Below are positions 50,953 to 63,058 of a stretch of DNA of 64,000 nucleotides, piece after piece. The stretch's first letter is position 1. Every line of letters begins with the position of its first letter. Below the pieces are notes generated by a model, which was given only the letters and a program-made list of their open reading frames with translations, did not search any database and was not told the DNA's origin. A program made the position numbers and the translations under genes. This DNA is from Fistulifera solaris (lineage: Eukaryota): contig AP026130.1 of assembly GCA_030295235.1 (NCBI GenBank), forward strand, positions 310,001-374,000. Reading direction: 5' to 3'.

Positions 50953-52635
50953 CTATAATTCAGGTACAAGCGCGAGAATTATTGCCTTGACATCAATCTT
51001 CATGGGTCCGTTCGCAATTAAACAAAAATTGACTAGTGCCGTCAACAACCGGTCATGCCCCGCCAAACGTTTTTTCGTTGCTGGTTCAGAAGCCAGGTTC
51101 GTCGCAACTTCCAAGGCATATTTCCTCGAATCTTCAAAATCTGGTCCAACAGGTTCAAGTAGAATAGTGATGCAATCCAGAAAAAGCTGTTGAGAAGAGC
51201 CAGACAAATCGTGGAACGAGAAATTGTCCATTCGAATACTATCCCGCAAGAACTTGGAAACGACGAGATGAGAGTTTTTCTCATTGTCATGTAGACTAAG
51301 TATGGATGATATTCTGGGAAGGAAAATATCCGACAAAGCAGTCAGATCAGGTTCCCATTTCCCTTCTGCGATCATTGTGGATAAAATCTGCAAAACGTTG
51401 ACAGCTAGTTTCGATTCGACGTTTCTGTCTTCCAAAATTCCTAGGAACGATGCCGCTACGTCGCATTCACGTACACCATTGTCTACGAGAAGCATGCTCC
51501 GAACGGCTTGACATGCCTGTACTCGAGTGTCGCTGTCATTGGATTGGTTGGTGGCGAGGGAAGAAAGTACATTCGTGATAATTGTTGCGTCTCCATGGTC
51601 CATTATGAACTGCCGCCCCCATGAACAGGATAGCAAACAGCGGATCGTTCTTGTACACCTTCGCCGCAAATCACAATCACTTTCAGCTTGCAGTGTATCG
51701 AGAAGTTGGGGAACCAACCAATGTTGTTTTTGGATTAATTTCACACAAGCCGAGTCATTCGTTTCCAAGATAGCAATTGCGACAATGTTACCAAGAATCG
51801 ACGACCAATGACGAACAATAGCGAGACCATTGTTTCTCCCGGACCATGTTTGTCGTATTCGATGTAACGTGTCCCACACCACGGAATCCATCGCCATGCT
51901 TTTGCCAATACCATGTTCCGCGGCCGAGTTCCACAAAGTCGCGGTCATGGCTTCCACTATACTAGATCGTTCGTTTTGGCAGCTGGAGAGAATCTCTTGC
52001 TTCAATGAACTGTACAAATACTCTTTGTCGGGTCCCGATGCCCGGAACGTCAAATCTTTAATCAGACCACACACTGTCATCGGATTTGCACACAGAGATG
52101 TTTTTATGCATTTCACGACACCGGATCGAATGAGTTTACTTTTAATCTGCGAATCTTTGATTTTCGACCATATTCGAAAAATCGACAACACTTTCTCTAC
52201 AATATGTGAATCGTCCGAAAAGCATTGCCAGGCATGAACCAACCATGGCAATATGTCGACCAAATCATGAGCCGACTGGATGAGCCGATCTGCTGGACAT
52301 TGTGTCCATAATAAGTACAAGCATTCCAGAATCAATGCAACGGGTTCTTTGTCTTCGGCATGTTGCGTCAATTGCCACGCCAGCATCCGATCGGCACCTT
52401 GATCGAGGGCTTGAATTCCCTGATGGCCCTCCAGCAGCTGCTGCAAACGTCGGAGGGCTTGCCATCGTAACGTTGAATTTCCACCAAACGATATTTCTAA
52501 AAAAAGATCAATGAGCACTTCCGCGCGTCAACGATTCAGCTCGATCGATCACGTACCTTGTAACACGTCGCTCAACTTCGGCACGGCCGCCGTTCTCTGA
52601 GGAACCAAACGCACACTCTTTGGAAGGGGAGACAT
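50953..52635 (-). CDS. ARM/HEAT-repeat-like protein; intron 52497-52556
   Basis: Long helical Leu-rich ORF. Exon 1 MSPLPKS...VLQ joins in frame to EISFGG. Confidence 0.65.
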
Positions 52636-52941
52636 GATGTTATTTCCACTTATTCACAAAGTATGGATTCGACCTTCATTGAGTATTGTTTCCGCTTTCG
52701 TGAACCTCTGTGGAAAATTCGTGGCCGCCTCTCTCGACGTGGCTGGCGTGCGTGCATCCTTAAACAGTTGGCGCGGCTGGCGTGTTTCGGTTTTGTGTTA
52801 TGAAAAAGTAATAACTCGTGACTGAGATCGTGGGTCGTGACAGAATGGGATGCGTTTGTTGCGACCAAAAACAAAAAGCCAGCATTGACTTCATTACTTT
52901 TCTTTCTTATTTTAAAGGCATAACATAACTAACAAGCGAAT

Positions 52942-54578
52942 ATGAGACTGACGTCTAGACGTCCCTGGCTGCGTTTCGCCCGGCGATCGTATCCGTGCAT
53001 TCTACAAGCCACGTTGGTGGCCTCCTTTCATCCGACACAACCGTTCCTGCTAGCCAAGCCTTTCCGACAATTCTTCTCCACTCGTCATCTCCATAGTGCC
53101 CCTACGGCAACCGAAATTCAAATGACACACGATATCAAGACAATAATACATGCCGCCATTGATGCCGTGAGTCCGGTGACGGCCGTTCAGAATCATTTGA
53201 CCACCACCGATGGCAATACACTCCGTGTCGGTATGCGTGATTATCCTGTACAAGAATACGACCAAATCCTTTTGGTGGCCTTTGGAAAAGCATCGTCGGC
53301 TATGGCCACCGCCGTATTGGATCGTTTGGAGGAAATGGAAGGTTTGCCCCCGCTCTCGGGTGTGGTAATTGTCAAAGATGGACATGCCACCGTACCAGAA
53401 CAAGAACGATTGTCGGCACGAAACGTACGGGTCCGTGAAGCCAGTCATCCGGTACCAGATCAACGTTCCGTCGATGCTTCCAACGAAATCTTGCAATTGG
53501 TGCAACAACCCAACGGACTCACGTTGCTCATCACGTGCATCAGTGGAGGAGGATCGGCATTGTTTTGTGCACCATCGCAGGATTTGACGTTGGACGATTT
53601 GCAAGCGACCAATACCGCTTTACTGCAATCGGGATGGAACATTCACGACATGAATGTTGTACGAAAGCGATTGGACCAAGGCAAAGGTGGTCGTCTCGCC
53701 GCGGCGGCGTATCCTGGTGATGTCCTTTCACTCATATTGAGTGATGTGTTGGGCGATCCACTCGATTTAATTGCCAGTGGACCCACGGTGTGCGATACGA
53801 GTCAATGGAAGGATGCCTGGAAGTTGGTCCAGACGCTGCCTCCCCGAAGTCTGCCACCCCGCGTCGAACGTCTCCTGCAACAAGGGGTCGATGGATTGAT
53901 CGAAGATTCGCCATCGGAAGATCATCCCGTGTTTCAACAATGCGAAAATGTTCTCGTGGGAAACAATGCGCTGGCAGTCGATGCAGCCGCCAAACAAGCA
54001 GAAACATTGGGCTATCATCCCATTGTGCTGGGAACGCGATTCGAAGGTGAAGCCACCGAAGTCGCCCGATTTCTCGTCTCCATGGCACAGCATGCAAAAG
54101 AGGGTCCGAACACGTATTCATTCGTCACTGATTTTCCGGTCGCACTCATTTTGGGCGGTGAGACGACTGTTTCATTACCACCGCAGTGTACGGGAAAAGG
54201 TGGACGGAATCAAGAATTGGCGCTGCAAGCGGCTGTGCTCTGCAACAGTTATCCCTTCGAAATGTGGTACTGGCGAGTGTGGGTACGGATGGCACCGATG
54301 GGCCCACGGATGCGGCCGGTGCGATTGTGGATGGAAGTACGATTGAGAGACTTTCCGGCAATGCGGTGGAGTCTCTACGGAACCATGATGCGTACAACTA
54401 TTTATCGCAGGTAGATAGCCACGGGTTTTCGCCTCTGTTGAAGGTAAGAGAGTTGATTGATACGTTGAACGTTCCTGCTTTAATTTGTGCTTATAATAAT
54501 CTAAATTTCACTTAGACTGGACCGACAGGGACAAATGTAGCCGATCTCATGGTGGTCCTAATTCACCGCAAAGACTAG
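52942..54578 (+). CDS. GLYCTK: Glycerate kinase (MOFRL / class II); intron 54444-54515, frameshift ~54240
   Basis: AFGKAS, EASHPVPD, ISGGGSAL, KGGRLA, ILSDVLGDPLDLIASGPT, GGETTV, GKGGRNQE, GTDGTDGPTDAAG, TGPTGTNVAD. Confidence 0.93.
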
Positions 54579-54579
54579 C

Positions 54580-56948
54580 TCACAACGCCTCGCGGATCGA
54601 TCTTACTTTCGCTACGATAGCATCTCTCTCCACTTGGGCCACAAGTTGATCCACACGATCCGTGCGGCATCGCCAGAGGGTAACCACCATTTTGTGTTGC
54701 AGCTCGTCCTCGTAACCATCGAGAATTAGTACAAATGAGCCGATTGACAACTCACGAATTTGGCTTTGTAAATCATCTGAAAAAGCAGCTATCTGAATGA
54801 ATCTTTCACTTGTCAAGCACTTTTCGAAGTCATCGATGTTGGCAACAAACTTTCGCTTGCTCATATGGGGGACAAGAAAGTGCGCTGCATCTTGACACAC
54901 ACGGTACATGCTTGTACCATCCAGAGTACTGCGAACAAAAGCTTTCAGCCCTGAGCTGATAACGGTTACCTTGTTTTGTATCCCTTTGTCAATTATGTTT
55001 TTAATTGGTCTCGAAATGTAGTAAATATTTTTCGACTCGCTACTGGCACGTGTCATTATTAAATCTTTTTGAAAATTTGATTCCGTTAGCCCAAATGTAT
55101 CAATCAATTCATTCAAAATATTATCTTTAACCGGCACGAAATCATCTTTACCAAGACCTTGAATGGATTTTCCGTTCTCGTCACGAACTTGGTTACCCTT
55201 CACCAGTCTTTCACCGGTATCATCTAATCCAGGCCCTTGCTTAGATTCGATCTCTTTTTCTCCTAAGCGAGCGCGCTTGTTTTCAGGTTGTTTAGAATCC
55301 AAGTCGTCATGTTGTTGACGGTCTGCAACGCTAATGTCTCCTACCTTGCGAATCAATGCAACGAAAAAAACCTCCGGTATCATTATCGTTGGGCAGACAT
55401 CTGACGCACCGACGAAGATGGAAAGATGCGATTTCTTCGTCCGTTGGCTTGAAATGCGATGGCCGAACTCTTCCTCGAAATGGTTCAGGTACACCGTCAT
55501 ACGACGGCCAATACTCGAGCCCGGATTTCTTAGCCATTTCAATCAAGTATTCCTCATCCATAGTAGTGGGCTGAAACCTTTCCTTTATTCCATCATCTTT
55601 GCTTTCCGACGCCTTTGCTTCTTCATCAACGTCGGGCTCATCCGAGATGGTAGGATTATCAACATCGGTGGAACTTGCTGTAGCGGCAACGATTTCACCA
55701 TCATCACCCGCTTCAGCTTCTTTCTCCTGCCATTCGCGTCGCTTCGCCATCATCTTGGCACTATTCTTCTTTTGTTTATTCTTGCTTTCACGCTGTGTTT
55801 GTGATTCACAGAATACCTTCCACGACGTCCAGCCGGGTCGGGTTTTGAACCCTTCCAGGTTCACTTCGACCAATTCGAGGGCCCCATTCGATTTTCGCAA
55901 TAACTCGGCAACGACGGCTTCATTTTCCGTGGGATTGTTCGAGCAGGTGGAATAACACATGTAACCGCCCACTTTCAACAGGTTAGCGGCTCCTTTCCAC
56001 GCGATTTGTAGTTGTAACGTATGCAAGGAAAGAGCCGCGGCTTGCGACCAGGTCTTCCACACCCCAATGTTTTTGCGCGAAGTGCCATCTCCCGAACAAG
56101 GCACGTCACACAATATCCGATCGAATTGTAGTATTTTCGAAGGGAAAAACTGTCCATCACAACAGGTCACCAAGACGCTGGGATTCATGTGCATAATGCG
56201 TCGGAGCTGCGACACCAGCATGCTGCGTACGAAAACGAGTGTGTGAGTATGCTTCATAATACACATTATTTCCTCCCGACTTCAACAATACTCACTGCGC
56301 TCGCTTCGCATTGTTTTCATTCGCAATTAAAGATCCTTCCACACCCAAACGTTCCAGAATCTGACTCGTCTTGGAGCCCGGGGCCGCGCACATATCCAAT
56401 ACACAATCACCCGGTTGTGTCTGGAGGACTACGGGTGGAACCATACTGACGGTTTCTTGTCGTGTAATGAACCCCGCCAGATTCCGCAGTTTGACCCATT
56501 CGAAAAAGGCTTTGAGATTGGGATCTTTCCGAATCATGGAACGATCGACGCCGAGCTGATAGGCGTGCGGCAGAAATTGCAATGGTCGCACCACATCGTT
56601 TCCGACCACTTGTAACAACTCGTTCATTTCCTTTTCACATTTTTCACGCAAAGTCGACGGAATATCGGCAGCAAACCGAAAGGATGCCGGCAAAATTTGG
56701 GTCGCCGAAGCTCTCCAGCGCAGTCGTTCCGCTTCGAATTCACCCCAATTCGAACACGATGTGAGTGTGGCGTTGTCAGTCCATTGGGTGTTATGCAGAC
56801 CCTGTGCGGCATAATAGGCTTCCATTTTGTAGTTTCCGTGATCGATAATGGTAGCCACATAGGATTCTCCGCCGGCGCGATTTTCGCCGCTCCGTTGACC
56901 TTCGGGTTGGTCCTTGTTCTTGCGACGTTTTCCTCTGAATTTTCCCAT
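54580..56948 (-). CDS. NSUN2: tRNA m5C methyltransferase NSUN2/Trm4; intron 56223-56295, frameshift ~55370
   Basis: RQETVSMVPP, VLDMCAAPGSKT, FDRILCDVPCSGDG, YSTCSNNPTENE, DTGGFFVA. Confidence 0.93.
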
Positions 56949-57253
56949 GATCAAGAGAAATGAGTTTTTGTGTATGCAAAACGAAGAATAAGGTGCTTTT
57001 CTTTGCCAACAACACAGTTGTCGCTTTGTGATCCTTCTTTCACAGAAATGGATTTTGTGGATGGATGGTAGAAGCGTCTGTTCTCGGCGGTCAACATAAT
57101 TTTGAATCTCTAGACTGTGGAAAATAGTGTAGACTCGTGACCCGTTTAAAAATTTAAACCACATCGGCGTGAACGCATACTTATTTGCCACTCTTTGCCT
57201 TTTGAAGCTTTGTTAAAGTCTGTTTTGCAAAGCTTATTCTATTTTACAGTCTC

Positions 57254-58263
57254 ATGCCTTCCGAATCGTCTCCTCAAGACGACAGAAATACTGAGCGCAA
57301 ACGACGGAAATTTTCATCACCCGACGGTCGCAACGTAAAATGGCGATTGTATACTGGAGCCACTACGTTTCGAAAACAAGATCGAGTCTACGTCCGTCCC
57401 AAATCGGCACGCGAAAAGGGAGTTGCAGGGCGTTTAATAGAACGTTTGAATGATCGGAAATGGAAGCTACGTTCCGACGATCACAATGAAGTACTTATTG
57501 TCTACGAAAATCGCATGATTCCTATTTTATCTTTTCCGAAAACAGAGAATCATGAAAAAGACCCCCTTTCTATCATAATAACGGCCGCAACCAAACATTA
57601 CCGGCAATTGGCCGCTTCTCAGCTTTGTCCGCAGGATGCTGTTTTGGAAATTGGATGTTCGACGGGTGAGACTTCCGAAATCATTTGGAACCGTGCTTCC
57701 TCGTGGATCGGATGGGATACGTCCGCCGAAATGACGGAACGGACCATGTCCAAGCACAGCTCCTCGTGTCACAGAGTATGTCAGAAAATGAATGCCCTTT
57801 CCGAACCGGCACTAGCTTATCAAACCGTCCATCAACACCAACCGGCCACCACTGCCGTGTGGATGGACATTGGAGGGAATCGTGACATGAATGGAGTGGC
57901 CCGGATGCTGCATTGGATACTGACTTCACCGTTTCCGGCCTTGCGATTGATTGTCGTCAAAAGCGAGGAATTGGTTCGTGAACTATCTTCCGTGCCCGTA
58001 AATTCCGAAGGAATTCTGCAAATGGATGGGATGGAGTTTTTGAACCAGAAACGGTTGGAATTTTGTCGCTTGCCGCGTCATCCTCAACAAGCACCCAAAG
58101 TCTACAGTCCTACCGATCCATCTCTTCCCATTTGTCGCTATCATAACTATCATAAAAAGGGATGCGGGAAAGGAAGCGATTGTCCTTTGACCATGTGCAT
58201 TGTCACATGTGCTTGGAGGCTGGTCATGTTGCCATGAACTGCACGAAATTGACGTTTGATTGA
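57254..58263 (+). CDS. Putative SAM-dependent methyltransferase with C-terminal CCCH finger and CCHC knuckle (frameshift ~58186)
   Basis: Motif I VLEIGCSTG, IGWDTS, WMDIGGNR; ICRYHNY..GCGKGSDCPFDH, then HCHMCLEAGHVAMNC after adding one T. Confidence 0.72.
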
Positions 58264-58391
58264 CATAGATTCATGCGTCTTTCTATTGCAAGCTCGAGTA
58301 CAGTCTCAATGATCTTCATAATCCGAAACACTACAAAATTGTCTATATTTATTCTCTACATATACACTGCCTCAATCCCAAAAATCATACA

Positions 58392-59651
58392 TCACAATAC
58401 ATCCATCCCCATCGACGGCGTACCCTCCGTAGTGGGATCGAACGACACAACACTCGGATAAGAGTTCTGAACACGGAGCCGATCGACCGGTACTTCGTCA
58501 AATCGGTCTTTCATGGTACGCCATTCGACGGAACAGATCTTGCTGGATCCGGCCGTAAATACAACTCGTAGGTTTGCCGACAAGAGGGCAAACTCGTTTT
58601 GGCTTTGAATGGACAAATCCACATCCACAGATGCTGTGTGATCCAGACTGAGAGCAACGCGATCGACCGACTTGGAATATGTGAGCAGTGACGTGGCTTG
58701 TGGGCCGAAGCGATCTTCGGTGCGACTAATGAGCTTCTCATCGAATCGCCCCATTCCTTGTAAGCCTTGAATTTCCTGTGTATCGCCATTGCCGTCGTAA
58801 AACACAAAGGCATCCAAGTCATCTACAATGTGCGTGATTCCACCTTCCGGAAGAGGTGCCGAAGTCGGGGAACGACCCAGCTGGCGCACCATTTGCTCGC
58901 GAACATGGAGAAAGTCCACCACCGTTTGTCTTCGGGCTTGATCTAAATGATGCTGTCGTTCAAACTTGTCAAACGCCTCTTCTTTGGCCAAGAGCTCGTC
59001 GTACCTAGCCTTCTTGCGGTTTCTGGTACTTCGCGCATGCTCGCGGTTCCTGGTTCGGGTCAACTCGAGACGCTCATCCTCGGTGAGATTCTTGCGCTTC
59101 TTGCCTCGTTGAGGCTTCGATTGCAAGGCAGCTTCAATTTGCTCTCTGCGAACAGCTTCGACCCTGGTAGAATCGGGAGATCCCCGAGACGTATCGCAGG
59201 AGACTGCCTTAGAGCTCACGTAAAGACCCAAGGGTCCACCCGGCAAGGCCGACGACGGCGCCAAAGAAAAGGCCACAGTCGAGCTGCCACGGGCTAACAG
59301 ACTAGATGATTCTTGTGGAGATACTGTTTCGGTTTGTCGAAAGTTGTGTAGTCGACTATGAGGCGACGGACAAAGAAGGGAGGTTGAACTCCTAGCCTTT
59401 TCCATCATGCGGAGAAGCGCAACACTCTGCTCCCTGTGAAATGTACTTAGTACATCGGGCCATGTTGTTTGATTGATCTCCTTGGAAGGAACATTTTGTT
59501 CCGTTTCGCTAAACGCCAAGGCATTTGACTTTGTCTTTGGGTTTCCCTTGATTCCAAGCAATGCCGACGCTAAGAGAGCATCAGTCTCGGTAGGAGAAAC
59601 TTGATGGGAAGTATGTGCGGAAGATTGGCTCATCCTAACAAAAGACTTCAT
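58392..59651 (-). CDS. bZIP transcription factor
   Basis: Basic region TRTRNREHARSTRNRKKARYDELL (N-x7-R). Start codon uncertain. Confidence 0.85.
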   Translation of the reverse strand: MKSFVRMSQSSAHTSHQVSPTETDALLASALLGIKGNPKTKSNALAFSETEQNVPSKEINQTTWPDVLSTFHREQSVALLRMMEKARSSTSLLCPSPHSRLHNFRQTETVSPQESSSLLARGSSTVAFSLAPSSALPGGPLGLYVSSKAVSCDTSRGSPDSTRVEAVRREQIEAALQSKPQRGKKRKNLTEDERLELTRTRNREHARSTRNRKKARYDELLAKEEAFDKFERQHHLDQARRQTVVDFLHVREQMVRQLGRSPTSAPLPEGGITHIVDDLDAFVFYDGNGDTQEIQGLQGMGRFDEKLISRTEDRFGPQATSLLTYSKSVDRVALSLDHTASVDVDLSIQSQNEFALLSANLRVVFTAGSSKICSVEWRTMKDRFDEVPVDRLRVQNSYPSVVSFDPTTEGTPSMGMDVL

Positions 59652-60982
59652 TGAGTTAGAAGAGATTGTTCTTTCAATGACAGAACCAATGGAGATCCGA
59701 GGCAGAACGATTCTGGCCTGAGAAAAAGGAAAACGAAGAATAGAGAGCCAATGAGAAACGAGAGACGACATCAACAAGTTCTGCCTTCTGCGCGCGGCGC
59801 ATGAGAAATGCTGATCGATAGTAAATCAGTACAACTATGGTCATGACGATGACTGTGACAATGCGGCCCGCCACCGTCGTGCGTACTCGTTGAACTCCAG
59901 TACCGGTACGGTTTCGGAAACGAAAGTCATGGAAGTACAACAAAGAGTAGAGAGCCAGCTGGGTAGGGCCAATCGCGTCACGCGCTGATTGGGTTTTTCC
60001 AATGGAACGTTGACGATGGTTGACGCAATGAAAAGATGAGCATGATGATTGATGATTCATTCGATGTCGAATCTTTCAATGATGATTGTCGAATGATCGC
60101 CGAACGCTCCTTCAACCCAGCTGCGAGCCTTGGAGCATAGATGCATCAAGAGCCGAAGATACAGAACGGTCGAAAATCGATCGGAGACATGAACAAACTC
60201 GTATACCCGCAAATTGGAAAGACTTACCAAGCAACGTTTGTTTTGATAAATCGATGGCGATTGCGGGGACGATACTGCAAGCAGCAACGATGCGGTAGTA
60301 GAAAGTCTTTTGTTTTTGCGCTTTACGCATTATTAATGCGATGATTCTCAATGGAAAGGACGAAGGCAAACTGCTGGGAATTCTTTCGCACCAAATTTCA
60401 ACCACCGCGTGGATCTTTTTGGATGATCTTTTTTGTCACGTGGGGAAACGGAATGTCACTGTGCCAAGAGAGTAGAACCGCAAACTGGCCAATTGCATCA
60501 CAATGTGACGCTTCTTCTTCAACTACCAAACATTACTAAACGTACTACGTAACCTTACCTAATAAACCAGCGTCGCACCGCCGCCGTTCCCTATTTGCGT
60601 TCTCTCCTCAGAAAGCGCGGGAAACTTGACGGATTAGACATACACAAAAGAATAATGACGTGTCGATCTGAAAAGACAGCGCATCACTAAAGGAAGCAAG
60701 ATTCAAAAGTGACTGTATTGAAGAATGTACTCGAGTGCCGCTTGCTCCGTATCTTTCAATCACACGTTCTTCCTTTCTGAAACTACAGTGTACGATTATG
60801 TAGTACGTACTTCCAACGTCTCGAATATGAGTCACGAGTAGAATTTGCAACTTGCAATGCTTAGCTAAACAAGCTTTGGCTATCGCAAGCATCAATCAGG
60901 TTCATTAAAAATCAAGCCTTTAGCCCAACTAACAAAGTTGTGGTGTAGTTGAAGCTATGCAATGTCGAAAACATAGATATGA

Positions 60983-61951
60983 CTATATGAAAACGCCCCA
61001 ACCTAAATTGCCATCTTTCATTGTACTCCTTGAACTTTCATGAGCCCACTCTCGGTCTCGTAAAAATGTAGAATTCGGTTTCATACTAGGTAATAAGCTT
61101 TTGATCTCGTCAGAATTCAAGACCGGTTTGACGGAATCGAAATCACAAACAGCACGAATTTCGGGATCGGGGTCCAAGAGTCGACGGATGAGGTTCAAGA
61201 CTGTGGATGGAACTGTTGCCCCAAAGTTCGCCGACGAGAGGTCCCCATTTGCATGGGCGACTACTTTGTCCAGAATCAATGCCTCCGAGTCGGCGTGGAA
61301 CGGCGATATCCCTGTCCATAACGTGTGCAGCAGACAGCCGAACGACCACACATCAACAGCTCTCGTAGGGGTGAAAATTCCGCGGATGAGTTCCGGGGCA
61401 GCGTACTCCGCCGTGCCTCGAAGAAAAACATTTTTATGAATTGAGCCCTCGGATACCGTCGACGTCAATATCGCGGACCCAAAGTCGATAACGACAACCT
61501 TGCGTGAGTCTGCTGTCAGGAGAAGATTGTCGGGTTTTAAGTCCGCATGGATGACATGATTCTTATGGATAGTTTCAATTGCTGCAGCGATACCAAGAGC
61601 GACATCAACGGCATGACTCAACCATGTCTGATCGTCCATTTTAGGTTTCTGTTCCAAAAAATGAGAGAGCGTTCCTTTCTGAAACAATTCCAACACCAGA
61701 TATACAAACTGATCATCGTGAAACGCGGCAAGAAGTGTGGCAACGAATGGGCAATCGGCAAGTGTCCGCAACACACGCTGTTCCGTTAAAACGGCGTTCA
61801 GCCACTCGGGATGCTTCTGCAACGAAGTCTTGTCGTATAACTTGATGGCGACATCTCGGTCTGTTTCCTTATGAACGCCGTGATAAACGGTTCCAAAACT
61901 GCCCTGTCCGATGCACACTCCGACCAAATAATCCTTGAGCGAAGATTCCAT
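60983..61951 (-). CDS. Ser/Thr kinase, PDK1-like without PH domain
   Basis: IGQGSFGTV, VAIK, HADLKPDN, DFG, GTAEYAAPE, DVWSFG. Confidence 0.85.
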   Translation of the reverse strand: MESSLKDYLVGVCIGQGSFGTVYHGVHKETDRDVAIKLYDKTSLQKHPEWLNAVLTEQRVLRTLADCPFVATLLAAFHDDQFVYLVLELFQKGTLSHFLEQKPKMDDQTWLSHAVDVALGIAAAIETIHKNHVIHADLKPDNLLLTADSRKVVVIDFGSAILTSTVSEGSIHKNVFLRGTAEYAAPELIRGIFTPTRAVDVWSFGCLLHTLWTGISPFHADSEALILDKVVAHANGDLSSANFGATVPSTVLNLIRRLLDPDPEIRAVCDFDSVKPVLNSDEIKSLLPSMKPNSTFLRDREWAHESSRSTMKDGNLGWGVFI

Positions 61952-62361
61952 GCTGCACAATTGACATTCTGTGTAGCTTTCAACATACCATTGTTTATTA
62001 TTATTTGCGCTGAACTTCGAAGTCTCTCGATCTCCTTTCTTTCGATGTAAAAAAGGCACTACTGTACCTGGTATGCGCACGGCGCACGGCGGCGGCCGGC
62101 GGCCCAACGAGTTACCGGTACCGGTAGGACATCGTAACTGACTAAAATACTCCGTATGTTTAACCTTATTGAAGTTGATGGGAGCAATTTTGTTTACTGC
62201 GACGATGTTTCGTTTATTGCTCGAGATTCCAACAGGTAGAGAATAGATCATTACTCTATTTATAAACTTATCCATCTTTCCTCCTTCATCATAGTCGATT
62301 TTGTCTCGCTTCAAGGACTTCAAGGCGAAGTAATTGGTTGTACGCCGCAGCCGCTATAGAA

Positions 62362-63000
62362 ATGACGTCTACAATACCTTGGTCCTCCGCATGGAAGACC
62401 GTGCTAGCAAGCTTGCCCCTGGCGCTGTGGGCACGAGACTCATTCTTTGGCTTATGCCGTGTCAAGGGCGCCTCGATGGAACCCACGCTGAGAGATGGTG
62501 ATATCATCTTCGTTCGAAAATGTGACGCGGGGGCACTGGTGGATGCAGTGATGCGCTTTCTTGTATCGTCGGAGGGAGAGACCGAACGCGCCCGCGTACG
62601 GCGCTACGAACAATTGCAATCACAATACGTTCCTGCATCCAAAATCTACGAACGCCCTCCGACCGCTCTCGCTGGTCATATCGTTGTTTACAAGGATCCC
62701 GAAAAGGCATTTCCGACCGAGTTGGCGGTAAAGCGCGTCGTGGCGTCAGGAGGTCAATGGCTCCGATTGCCTGCTTCAGAGACGAATACGCGAAGATTGC
62801 AGAGCTTGCCTGCGTATACGCTCCATGTTGAAGGCGACAACCGTGATAACTCTCGAGACTCTCGGCACGTAGGCCCTATCAGCAAGAATCTTTTGGTTGG
62901 CGTTGCTGAATACGTAGTGTGGCCTCCGACTCGGTGGCAGAGAATCCAGAGAAAGGCACTTTTAGATGATAATGACAAACCAAGAGCCTTCTGGCCATGA
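62362..63000 (+). CDS. IMP2: Mitochondrial inner-membrane peptidase (S26, IMP2-like)
   Basis: GASMEPTL (catalytic Ser), AVKRV (catalytic Lys), EGDNRDNSRDSRHVGPI, VWPP. Confidence 0.88.
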   Translation: MTSTIPWSSAWKTVLASLPLALWARDSFFGLCRVKGASMEPTLRDGDIIFVRKCDAGALVDAVMRFLVSSEGETERARVRRYEQLQSQYVPASKIYERPPTALAGHIVVYKDPEKAFPTELAVKRVVASGGQWLRLPASETNTRRLQSLPAYTLHVEGDNRDNSRDSRHVGPISKNLLVGVAEYVVWPPTRWQRIQRKALLDDNDKPRAFWP

Positions 63001-63058
63001 AAACGAAAACGTTAAAGCAGCGACTCTGTACAGCCAACGAATATAAACTACTAAATCG

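Noticed and set aside
16055..58263. Widespread frameshifts read as programmed ribosomal frameshifting or mass pseudogenisation
   Set aside because: The breaks I traced are 1-bp indels in homopolymer runs with no shared recoding motif, and they hit essential genes (LeuRS, ACC, CDC16). Sequencing or assembly error is the simplest explanation.
61952..62323. 124-aa N-terminal extension of the kinase ORF
   Set aside because: It starts at a non-ATG codon, has no recognisable domain, and fills the divergent promoter shared with IMP2. The ATG at 61951 is more plausible.
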